From the NCBI GenBank assembly GCA_001599295.1, contig BCGN01000005.1, positions 1,240,001-1,304,000 on the forward strand: a stretch of DNA of 64,000 nucleotides, read 5' to 3'. Of the stretch, positions 11,610-21,692 are shown piece after piece (the stretch's first letter is position 1; every line of letters starts with the position of its first letter). A program made the position numbers and the translations under genes. The notes under the pieces were generated by a model. It saw nothing but the letters and a program-made list of their open reading frames with translations, was not told the DNA's origin and did not search any database. This DNA is from Sporopachydermia quercuum. Lineage: Eukaryota.

Positions 11610-12569
11610 TTATTTATCGTCTGACAGTTTAAAAGGTTTGAGCTTCTCTGTACATTTCTTAGGTAAGCAATAAACAGGATCAACTTCATTCAGGCCATCA
11701 GTACCCAATAAACTTAACCCTGCAATGCCAAAACATGTATGATATATATCAACCTCGTCACCTTTCCTATCAGCGATTCCACCTTTCTCATGATCCTGAG
11801 CATCAAGTATAAATTGTCGTAGTTTATCATGATCACACCAATGTAATTTGCCTAAAATTGCCAGAGAACTGCCAACCCACCAACTGTAACACACATCTGG
11901 AAGCTTTTCCGGTCTCCCATTGAATCCACCTTCTTTCACTTGTCTCTCAGCAAGCCACCATCCTAGCTTCGACGCATCTATTCTCTGTAGCTCACCTGCC
12001 AAAGCTAAAGCTCCAACACAAGTGAACACTTGTGCTGCATGGCTTTCTGCACCCGGTACTAATCCAAAACCGCCGTCAAAGTTCTCACATCTTAGAATGA
12101 AATCTACTGCTGAAGCTACATTCAATCGGTCTAGCTTACCTATTATTGACAGACATTGCATTGCTGAGTAAACAAATCGTGTGTCAGTCTCTCCAAATTC
12201 GTCCCCACAGACTGCACCAGTGTTCATATCTTGTAAACAACAAACGTATGTGGCTACTTTTTCAGTGTCAATTCTATCAAGACTGTCTTCCATGAATAAA
12301 ATCTGTACCGCATAAAGAGTTGATAGAATATGGGAATCATGCCTTGTGCAAGCGCCAAACCCGCCGTCAGAGTTGTGACATGACAGGACAAATTTGACGA
12401 TATCGCCTTTATCCAGAGCGTCTTTCTTACCCATAAGAAATAAAGAACAGAGGCCCCAATAGAGGCCACCCATTCTCAAGTGTTCTGTTAACCAGTATTG
12501 AAGGTTTTCATAGTCTTTACCTTCATTTTGGATAAACTCAACATGTTTGTCTTTCAGTAGTTCTGTCAT
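11610..12569 (-). CDS. BET2: Rab geranylgeranyltransferase (type II) beta subunit
   Basis: YWLTEHLRMGGLYWG, GETDTRFVY, PGAESHAAQVFTC, GGFNGRPEKLPDVCYSWWV, DIYHTCFGIAGLSLLG prenyltransferase repeats. Confidence 0.96.
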   Translation of the reverse strand: MTELLKDKHVEFIQNEGKDYENLQYWLTEHLRMGGLYWGLCSLFLMGKKDALDKGDIVKFVLSCHNSDGGFGACTRHDSHILSTLYAVQILFMEDSLDRIDTEKVATYVCCLQDMNTGAVCGDEFGETDTRFVYSAMQCLSIIGKLDRLNVASAVDFILRCENFDGGFGLVPGAESHAAQVFTCVGALALAGELQRIDASKLGWWLAERQVKEGGFNGRPEKLPDVCYSWWVGSSLAILGKLHWCDHDKLRQFILDAQDHEKGGIADRKGDEVDIYHTCFGIAGLSLLGTDGLNEVDPVYCLPKKCTEKLKPFKLSDDK

Positions 12570-13512
12570 TATATGATGATTCGTAGTTAATTCGTGGTTA
12601 CTATCGAAGACCGGTCGCTATTTCGTATACTGTTGATTCCACCAATGCTACTAATACTGATACATGAGAGAATACACACGGTCCTCAATGCAATACAGAA
12701 ATATCGAAGACAATGGTACGGAATGTTATCAGATGTCTTACTTGTGAGAACAACTCGTTATTGTGGATTGATGAATGATGTGTGATAATGAATGGGGTGG
12801 TTTATAGATTGGTCAATTGTTCAAATCATCACAAAGCACAGAGTAACAAAGCACAATTGTCATACAAGATTAGAGGGACAGAAATGCATTTTCGATTAGG
12901 TGATCATTATAACTCTTGCTTGCTTTTTCTTAGGTCAACCTGATAAACAATGGGAAGTGCCATAACCATAGANTACTTACCAGAAATATCTATAATGTAA
13001 TTTACTAGAATTAAACAAGAAAATATAAATAATTGATCTTATTCCTGTTCTTGTCATCAATTTGTTCTCTTGCTCTTCATTAAGTTCCACTATTTAGCAT
13101 TATCCAAGCTCGAATAAATCCAATTCATATGCGTTAGGTTTTTTCCTGTTTTAAAATCTAACATGTTAGGTTGAAAAATAATCTAATCAAGCAAACATTA
13201 TGTACTTTAAGGTGATCTTATTGTATCAACTGAACAAATATAGATAACAGTTATTATTTGTTTGTTTAACTCGTTTTCTATTAAGCTTTTAAGGGTGACA
13301 CTCTGCACAAGTTATTGGTGTATTTCTTTTAATCTATGCAGATTTCTTTTTGAAGTGGATCGTTACATAGAAAGAATACTAACTTATAGTCATAGTCAGT
13401 TAACATCTATTTGCTTACTGCTGGTTTTGTTTACTGTAGATAGTACATTTACTGACTTGGAGTTCATACCTCTAGCTCTTTGTCCAACCTCTTTTTTTGA
13501 AAATAGTTTACA

Positions 13513-15278
13513 ATGCATCCTTCAAGAAAAGCATTCATTGACTCTTCTGGCAAAGAGGTATGTATAAACTGGAAGCTTACTTTACTCCTCTTTATATTAC
13601 AACAGCTACTAACTTGTATGTTCTCCTTTCTAGTCAATGGATATAGACACAAATGATTCTGACGAAGGTGTTTACCTCAATGACTTGAGTATGTAGGACT
13701 TCTGTTTTGCTCATATTAATCTACCTCGAGATCAACCGCAGGCCGTCTGGCCATCTGCTTTAGTATCGTCATGATATCAATTTACTAACACTACATTACA
13801 GAGGATGAAGGAAAGCACAGTGAAATTGAGGAATCTAGAAAATTACGAGAGAAGTCACTATTAGTTCCCACAATTAATGAGGATGTGGAGAGAATGCTTC
13901 GAAAGCTAGGAGAACCTATAACCTTATTCGGTGAAGATAAAGCAGATAGAAGGGCACGTTTGCAACAATTGATTCTGACAGGAAAATATGGCTCTCCTGA
14001 TGAACTGCTTAGTAATGACAAATTCACCAGAGAGAATTCTGAGGAAACGGATGTCATAGATATAGACGAGGACGATGAGGAATTTTATACCCCTGGTACA
14101 GCAGAGTTAGAAGAAAGCAGGAAATACATATTAAAATACTCACTGGAAAAAGCCAGAGATCGGGTGGGCAAACAATTGAATTCTTCGCAGAATACAACCA
14201 TTATATCTCAAGTGAAATATAGAAGAGAGATCAATAACAACCTAAGTAAATATACCCTATATGGATCACAGTTATTGTTTGATAGAGCGGCATCTGTTGT
14301 GAGAATATCCCCTGATAGCTCCGTGATAGCAATCGGGTCATGGAATGGGGAAATCAAATATGTCACCAGTGATAGCCTTAGAGAAATCCGATCAATAGCA
14401 GCACATGAGGATAAAGTAGGTGGAATTGATTTCCATCCAAATGCATATATTTCTCAATCTGCGGAAGCAGTCAATATGGCCACTGGTGGTGGTGAAGGAG
14501 CAGTAAAACTATGGGATCTAAACAGCAACAAATGTCTAGATGAGTTAAAGGGCCACCAAGGTAGAGTTGTTAAAGTAGCATTTCATCCCAGTGGTAGGCT
14601 TTTAGCTAGCGCTTCCTATGATATGACTTGGAGGTTATGGGATGTTGAAACCAAAGCTGAATTGTTACTGCAGGAAGGTCACTCTAAGCAGGTGTATTCA
14701 TTAGCATTTCAAGACGATGGTGCTTTAATTGCTTCCGCTGGATTAGATGCCATTGGCAGAATATGGGACTTACGAACAGGTAAGTCTATCATGGCACTAC
14801 AAGGACATATAAGAGAAATATATGGTCTTGATTTCTCACCAAATGGATATCAAGTAGCTACTGGAAGCGCTGATGGCAGCGTTAGAATATGGGATTTACG
14901 CATGAGGAAGTGTCAGTTTACCATCCCTGCTCATACCAAAATAGTATCAAGTTTGAAGTTCAATCGTGGTGAGAATGATCCTGGTACCTATTTGGTTACC
15001 AGTTCATATGATGGTAGTGTAAATGTATGTATCAAAAAGGCTTTAATGATTTCTATGAGAATTAATTTAGTTTAGTGCTGTATTTCTTGATTTTTTGTAT
15101 TTAATACTAACTAGTTAACTAGATCTGGAGTGCTGATAGTTGGATTAAACTCAAGAGTTTATTAGGGCATTCTGATAGGATCATGAGTGTTGACATAGCT
15201 AGTAAGAGACCTTTTATTGCTACCAGTGGCTGGGATAAGACTGTCAAAATTTGGGCTGATGAGTCTAGTGTTTTATAA
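13513..15278 (+). CDS. PRP4: U4/U6 snRNP WD40 protein Prp4; exons 13513-13557, 13634-13688, 13802-15024, 15123-15278
   Basis: SFM motif LRKLGEPITLFGEDKADRRARL, EEFYTPG, WD40 repeats (TWRLWDVETKAELLLQEGHS). Three GTATGT..CTAAC..YAG introns (13558-13633, 13689-13801, 15025-15122) keep the frame, giving N-terminus MHPSRKAF and a last WD repeat GHSDRIMSVD...GWDKTVKIW. Confidence 0.93.
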
Positions 15279-16143
15279 GATTCTGGTGTGTCTGTCAATG
15301 TGATATTTATCCAGGATCGGGGGCAATGATCAGGGATCGGGCACTTATTCTCCTGTCAGAATTTAAGTACCTATATACAATCATACAATGCATCTGAATG
15401 AGATTCTAGCTATTGGGGCATTAAGTATAGTGAATTATGCCTACAATATTGGGCTGATTATTAGGTTGAAGCTACAAGTGACTCTCTGGTCCTTGCGCCA
15501 TTTGACGTAAAACGGCATAATCATTCACAGCTGAGTCCTACCGATATCACTATAAGGATTAGAGAACTATATTTAGGAATTCGGTTAAGGGTACCCATGT
15601 ATTATATAATTACTGCTATACTAATTCCAGTTGTAGTAAAATAGTCATAGTTAATGGAATTAAAATCTCAAGAGAAGTTAATTTCATGGTAGAATAGAGA
15701 TAGCTAATCTACTATCAGATATTTTAATATCAATGTATATAAACTAATGCATTATTACTGTGTAAGTCTCATAGATATCTCTTCGTACGATCTGTATANA
15801 ACATTTCATAAGGTATTTGTTGTCTTCATCATATTTGGAATAATCAATGATACAATTAACTAGACTGCAAGGTTCAGCAACAGGAAAGGATTTAGCTGTG
15901 AGAAACGAATGACTAGAGTAACAACTTTTGGTATCAAGAACATATAAGAGACAATAGACTATAAAACCTATCGATTATTACAATTCTGAAATGAGTCCCT
16001 GTTGATTCTTTGTTCAGCAGCTATCTCACTGGCTTTTATGGCGAAGTCTAACTATCAACATTCAACGGTGTCCTATCTTTCTGTTGATAATATTCCAAAA
16101 TATAAAATACCATATACTATCCTATATCTTCATATAGATCTAA

Positions 16144-18222
16144 TTACCATATACTAGTAACATTTTGAAGAGGATGATGGCCCTGCGGGTTAGCTGGTGA
16201 TTGACCTCGTGATCGAGCAGTTGAAAANGACGTAGAAACGATTAACTTCCCATTCCCGTTTGGCCTGACAATATATCGTCCTCTTTGATTCTTATCGAAT
16301 TCATTCAACTTATCAAACTGTTCGTCTAATGATGTTTCCAACTCATTCAACGAACTTCGCAATTCGTTGATCTGATCTTCTAACTCTTTCCTCTCTGTTG
16401 TGAACTTTAATGTAACCAATCTAGCTTTACCTTCTTTTATGGCTTTCTTCCTGTCGTTAATTTGCTGAATGATTTGATTCATTTCCTTGTCCGATTCTTC
16501 ACTTGAACTTCTTGCTTTGTCCACCTCCTTTTCCATATATTCAGATTCTGTTTTGGCTGATTCTAGCTTTCCTAAAAGCTTCTTCTTCTTCTCTAAAGTA
16601 TCCAAAGCCTCAAGCCTCTTCAGTAAAAATTCCTTCAATTCTGGTGAAATTTCATCATTCCCAATACTTCTAGCGGCTTCCCTTATATTTGCAAGTCTTT
16701 CCTTTAAAACTTCAATGCTCCTCTCGTTTTCTTCACATCCTGCTGTCACTCGTTCTTTCCTCTTCATAGCAGCAGACTTCCTAGTTTCCAATGTATTTAT
16801 ATCATCTTTCATTTTAGTCAACGATCTTCTGGCCTCTTGTAAATCAGCTTCACGTAACTTCAAAGATCGAACGTACGAGTTCAATTCGTCGTTACGTCTT
16901 TTGTATTCTACAACGGATTCTGTCAGTGTTCTTATCAGTTTATGTGTTAAAATACTCTGATAACTTTCGTCTGTTATTAAAGAAATGCCAGTAAGTAATT
17001 CAGCATTCTGGTTCAAAGGATTCATGATATAGTCACGTTTTAAACGTTTGGTATCGTAATAAGAAACTCTCTGGTCGTCCTTTCTGTCATGTTTATATTC
17101 TGCACTACCGCCTGAGTTGATCTGAGATCCCTCATTGCTATTATCGGCGGAAGGTAGTCTAACCTCTGTCAATAATGATTTTTCAACGTCTTGCATAGTG
17201 AATTCCGCAATTGTGGGCATATAAGGCAACAACCACGGTGATCTTGGGTTTTCAAACCATGGTTCTAAGTATCTCAGGTCCCCTATATATACTTGTCTCA
17301 GTTCTGAGGGAATAATGCCGGCCCTATCACGAAGTACTACCACGGCAGCAGCAACACGTTTGAGATAATCGAACGAAAATTTGGAGTCGATTTTGCAGCT
17401 TTCAGGAGAGGGATCAGCGTTGAAGCTATTGAAGAACAAAGCACAGTGTTCTAGCGAATATGTTGGCACCAAACGGACAATAGGAGCTCTATTGAGTCTA
17501 TTTGCTGAAATTCCGTTGTTCATTGTTTCATTAGTAGTAATCATACTTTGTCGTAGCAGTTTCTGCATAGACGGCGATGTCTTATCAAAGGTTATATCGA
17601 AAGCGATAATAAAATCAACTTTTAAATCATCAGGAATTTCCTCAACAGCAATATTGGAAGGTACATGATAAATAGTACATGTATATCCTTTATTTTTTCC
17701 ATTGTCCTTCAATAAAGAGCCTCCAAGCATTTTGCAATTCACCTTTTGATTGTATACAAATGATTCCACCAAATCAATATCTTTCCCGTTTTTTGTTACA
17801 ATTGCTATCACTTTATCCGAGTTTTGAATAATAGATATAATATCACGCAAAACTGCAAACTTCCCGCTGGATGATGATAATTTCAAAGGAACATCTTTCA
17901 GCAGCAGAGATTTGGGCATCAAGTGTTCGATAAGCAAGTAAGGATGTGTGCATACAAGCTGTGAATTCTTGTACATCGTTTCTAAAGACTCAATGATCAA
18001 CTGCTCTGTTCCCGCTTTCGAACCTGGGGCTTCAAAGAATTTTAAAATGTCTGAATAATGTAAAGATACAACCTGATCTGTCAGTTCTTGCTGTTGAGTA
18101 GAAAATGGTATTGGTAACCAGTAATCACCTGATAGGTTATTTGATTCTGCTAGTTGAGTGTCAATGAAAGGATCAAGGATAGGAGGCTCAGGAGTTGTGT
18201 CTAGAATTTTCGTTAAATCCAT
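16144..18222 (-). CDS. HDA3: HDA1 histone deacetylase complex subunit 3
   Basis: N-terminus MDLTKILDT...SGDYWLP...ELTDQVVSLHYSDILKFFE and THPYLLIEHLMPKSL match the Hda3 pattern; long C-terminal coiled coil. Confidence 0.88.
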   Translation of the reverse strand: MDLTKILDTTPEPPILDPFIDTQLAESNNLSGDYWLPIPFSTQQQELTDQVVSLHYSDILKFFEAPGSKAGTEQLIIESLETMYKNSQLVCTHPYLLIEHLMPKSLLLKDVPLKLSSSSGKFAVLRDIISIIQNSDKVIAIVTKNGKDIDLVESFVYNQKVNCKMLGGSLLKDNGKNKGYTCTIYHVPSNIAVEEIPDDLKVDFIIAFDITFDKTSPSMQKLLRQSMITTNETMNNGISANRLNRAPIVRLVPTYSLEHCALFFNSFNADPSPESCKIDSKFSFDYLKRVAAAVVVLRDRAGIIPSELRQVYIGDLRYLEPWFENPRSPWLLPYMPTIAEFTMQDVEKSLLTEVRLPSADNSNEGSQINSGGSAEYKHDRKDDQRVSYYDTKRLKRDYIMNPLNQNAELLTGISLITDESYQSILTHKLIRTLTESVVEYKRRNDELNSYVRSLKLREADLQEARRSLTKMKDDINTLETRKSAAMKRKERVTAGCEENERSIEVLKERLANIREAARSIGNDEISPELKEFLLKRLEALDTLEKKKKLLGKLESAKTESEYMEKEVDKARSSSEESDKEMNQIIQQINDRKKAIKEGKARLVTLKFTTERKELEDQINELRSSLNELETSLDEQFDKLNEFDKNQRGRYIVRPNGNGKLIVSTXFSTARSRGQSPANPQGHHPLQNVTSIW

Positions 18223-18942
18223 ATTGAGTGATTGTGATTCTGTTAGGTTGTTTTCTCCTATGGATAATTTGAATCAAAAAGTAGTATAAGATATGATTGT
18301 ATCTGGTAGATAATAATNGACTCTCTAGTAGCTAGGGCTGTACTGGTGCTTTAATATAGTAAAGACTGAGCACTCAATCAATAAGGCAGCCCAATGATTA
18401 AAATATGGATAAAAGGAGCACCAACGGATTCAAATTACTATTAATTAATCATCAAATCATCAAATCACTATTAACCAGATCTCACAACAGATGATCTTCA
18501 TCATAATCGTAAAGCTGAAGGTCCACTTTCACTGATAAGAAGCAGAAAAGAAAAGTGATAAACAGAAAAAGAAAGAGGAACAATTCACTTTGGGTGAAGA
18601 TGAGATGAATTAATGATTAGGTAAGCAAGAACAATTATCAGTAGTTTTATGTGTCTATGCAGATACGCTTTTGGAAGTATTGATTTGTGTAGGTTTGTTN
18701 TGTTTGAATATCGCTTGGGAATTCTACTAGGAGTAGTCTTTTAAATAAAGTAACANAGTAAAAAGCAGCAAAATACCCTTGCCGGACTGCAGAATCTGGC
18801 CCTAGCAACTACTCAAATGTACAACAAACTCTTTATAGCCTTCTCAGAGTGCTTTATTAAAGATTCGCTTTATGCATAAACCATGCAAGCTTTTCAACCT
18901 TTTTTTTCCTTGCATTCGAAAACTTGCGTTATCATAAATCAG

Positions 18943-19030
18943 ATCACATGATATATCACGTGAGACTATTAANCCTCAATTTCGGAAGTAATCGAAAGTA
19001 TTCCGGAGAAAACGCATGTCTCTCGGATAA
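18943..19030. promoter_or_regulatory. Tandem E-boxes and CGG-containing motifs in the HDA3/AOS1 divergent promoter
   Basis: ATCACATGAT 18943-18952, TCACGTGA 18956-18963, then TTCGGA, TTCCGGA and CTCGGA. Confidence 0.4.
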
Positions 19031-19176
19031 TTGCCATTTCTTCTATCAAAATCGATGATACATCAACAACAACTGAATAGCTATGAATATTATGATATTA
19101 TAAGTATAATAACTTTTGTATACTATAAACTATATTTACTCATCCACTGAGTATATCACACTATATTATTCGAATC

Positions 19177-20791
19177 ATGACTGCAATAACAGATAATTCA
19201 CAGCTATCACCTGGTACGTGTTCTACCCTCAGATCACTGGATCCCGTCTATTGACTGCCTCATATGATATTATTTATAACAAGAAACAACAAATGAGTCT
19301 TAATATTCAAGACTAGTGAAGGTCTTACTAGTTATATATTCTTTTGACAATATTTTCCATACTTCAATTTCAAGCTTAGTTCAATAGAAACATTTAAAGA
19401 TCAGCTTATTAACATAATCTTATCATTAGATGAGGTTGCCCTCTATGATAGGCAAATCCGATTGTGGGGAATGGAAGCTCAGTCACGGTAAGTATTCGTA
19501 GTAACACTTTTATTTCCAGTATTGACANTTACGCATATCATAACTCCCTTCTAACAAGCATATTATTAGGATGAGAAATTCCAAAATTCTACTGATAAAC
19601 CTGTCGGGACTAGGAACAGAAATTGTCAAGAATTTAGTATTAGCTGGTATTGGATCACTGACTATTCTTGATTCCAATATTATTAAAGATGAAGATTACG
19701 ATACTCAATTTTTCCTCAATGCTAATAAACAAGGAAATTATGTAAGTACTTTTCTGGTTGATGCTTACGATGATACTCATATTTTATATTGTGAATGCGT
19801 GCCTATACTACTGATCCATGAATTCGAATGAAGACCTATAAGNAGAGTATGGTAGATCATTGTTCCAACGAACAGGAACACCACCTGATGAAGGCAATAT
19901 GCTATAATATAGGTCTTCGATGAAAAAATTCATTAAAGCAAATCCATCAAACGAAAGGACCCACAATATTCTCGTATATTTTGCATTTCACCCAGCAATG
20001 AATTACCATGAACCGTTTCGTACTAACAAGTTTATAAACAGAGAATTGATGAAGCCAAATCTAATATCCACAAATTGAATCCAAGGGTTGATTTGGTAAC
20101 GAATAAAACACCCATTAGCTCACTGTCAGATGATTTTTTCGCTGATTTTGACGTCGTCATTGCTACGGAACTGACTTTGAATGAACTATTACGCATCAAT
20201 GGTATTACGAGAAAGTCTCATAAGCCTTTCTTTGCTGGTGCTCTTAATGGCATGTTTGGTTTTATCTTTCTTGACCTGATACATCATACGTATAAATACG
20301 ATCGTATAAAAGGTAATGTTAAAGTAACTATTGGACCGGAGAATGAATATAGAAGAATAATTTCAACCAGTGTTAGAAAAGAAGGCAGTAACAGAATTGA
20401 AACTGTTGTGAAAGAGGATTCTTTCATAGCATTGGATGATATACTGAAGAAAGAGAAGATTTTAGATAATTTGAAACAACGACAACTGAAAAGAGTTTCT
20501 GGTGTTCTACCGTTGACATTTGCTTCTTGGGAGAGTGATTCAATGGAGAAGGAGATTGTATCTAAAGTGTGCAAACATTTAGGTGTTGATGAGACCATTG
20601 TTATTAATGATGAGCTATATAATAATTTCAAAAAATGTCTACATACTGAATTCTCACCGGTTGCTGCCATCTTAGGTGGAGCATTAGGCCAAGAAGTATT
20701 GAATGTTCTTGGTGGAAAAGAACAACCAATTAATAACTTTTTAGTATTCGATGGGTATAGTTCTACTGCACCTATTTATTCTTTACATTGA
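19177..20791 (+). CDS. AOS1: SUMO-activating enzyme subunit 1 (Aos1/Rad31); exons 19177-19213, 19430-19487, 19570-19741, 20042-20791
   Basis: Spliced product reads LSPDEVALYDRQIRLWGMEAQSRMRNSKILLINLSGLGTEIVKNLVLAGIGSLTILD...LNPRV...EFSPVAAILGGALGQEVLNVLG. Introns 19214-19429, 19488-19569 and 19742-20041 have canonical ends and keep the frame. Confidence 0.93.
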
Positions 20792-21692
20792 GAATGAAAA
20801 TGAACTATTGCGAATTTGACATTGAACCGAATGAGTGCGGATATATCTAATATTACTACAAGGCTTCTTCTGGTGCTGTTTGGTTTGATATGGTGAATAG
20901 AGACAACATTTCCGATGTGCATTTGATGTTGATGACGGTCCATTTTCAAGATTAGTTCTGTTTAGGTGATATTTCAGGCCTGTGAGCTGTTTTTTACTCC
21001 TTGTTTAATTGATCTCACTTCGCTTGGCCATCGATTACCGTCCTACGAATGCAATTCTATTGTTCGACGAGCGAGAGCCTGGTTGCTTGAACTTCACGTC
21101 AGTTTGTGTAGATGGAAGAATGTACAGTGTATTTAATAGCGTGTACGTGCTTGATTATTATTTCTGTTGTACATATAGAGAGAATAATGTGAGCAAACTA
21201 GGTACTTGATGATTGAGACTGATAGATAAGATGTATGCAGTCAGTCCAGGACAGTTGAAGATTTAGGGGAAACTGTTTGCTAGTNTATAGTGCTATAAGT
21301 GATGATAGGAAAAATCCAATCGAAAGGTAGAGGAAGTCTAAGACTCCAATCTACTTTTCTTAACTCCATGTTGGTGAGGAAGCAATCTGTCAAAAAAGAA
21401 TCATTATAAGGGACTTATGTCGATGTTGGTAGAAAGAATTTAGTATCGAAACGTGTACTGATGTGCTCTATAATGGGTACCCTAGCGATCGAATTGCAAC
21501 AATTTATCCTAGAACGAATCTCTTTCTCGTCTTCCTTTTCACTATAATAATAATANATAGCACACTACATTATAAATTAAGAAAAGAATAGAGAAATATA
21601 ATTATAAGGAACACTAAAAAAGTATTTCTAATTCTAATGAAAATAATCAAATNACTCAAAAAATGAATATACTAACTCCTTATGATCTCTTT

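Noticed and set aside
19768..19891. C/D-like boxes (CGATGA, CTGA) in AOS1 intron 3 as an snoRNA
   Set aside because: C box is imperfect and I recognise no rRNA-complementary guide before either CTGA.
19885..19957. CTGATGA followed later by CGAAA, resembling a hammerhead ribozyme core
   Set aside because: No stem II closes directly onto GAAA and no stem I/III with a UH cleavage site can be built; the bases fit the long hairpin better.
21514..21525. ACGAATCTCTTT, matching the 5' end of S. cerevisiae U2 snRNA
   Set aside because: The match stops after 12 nt and the branch-recognition sequence GTGTAGTA is absent.
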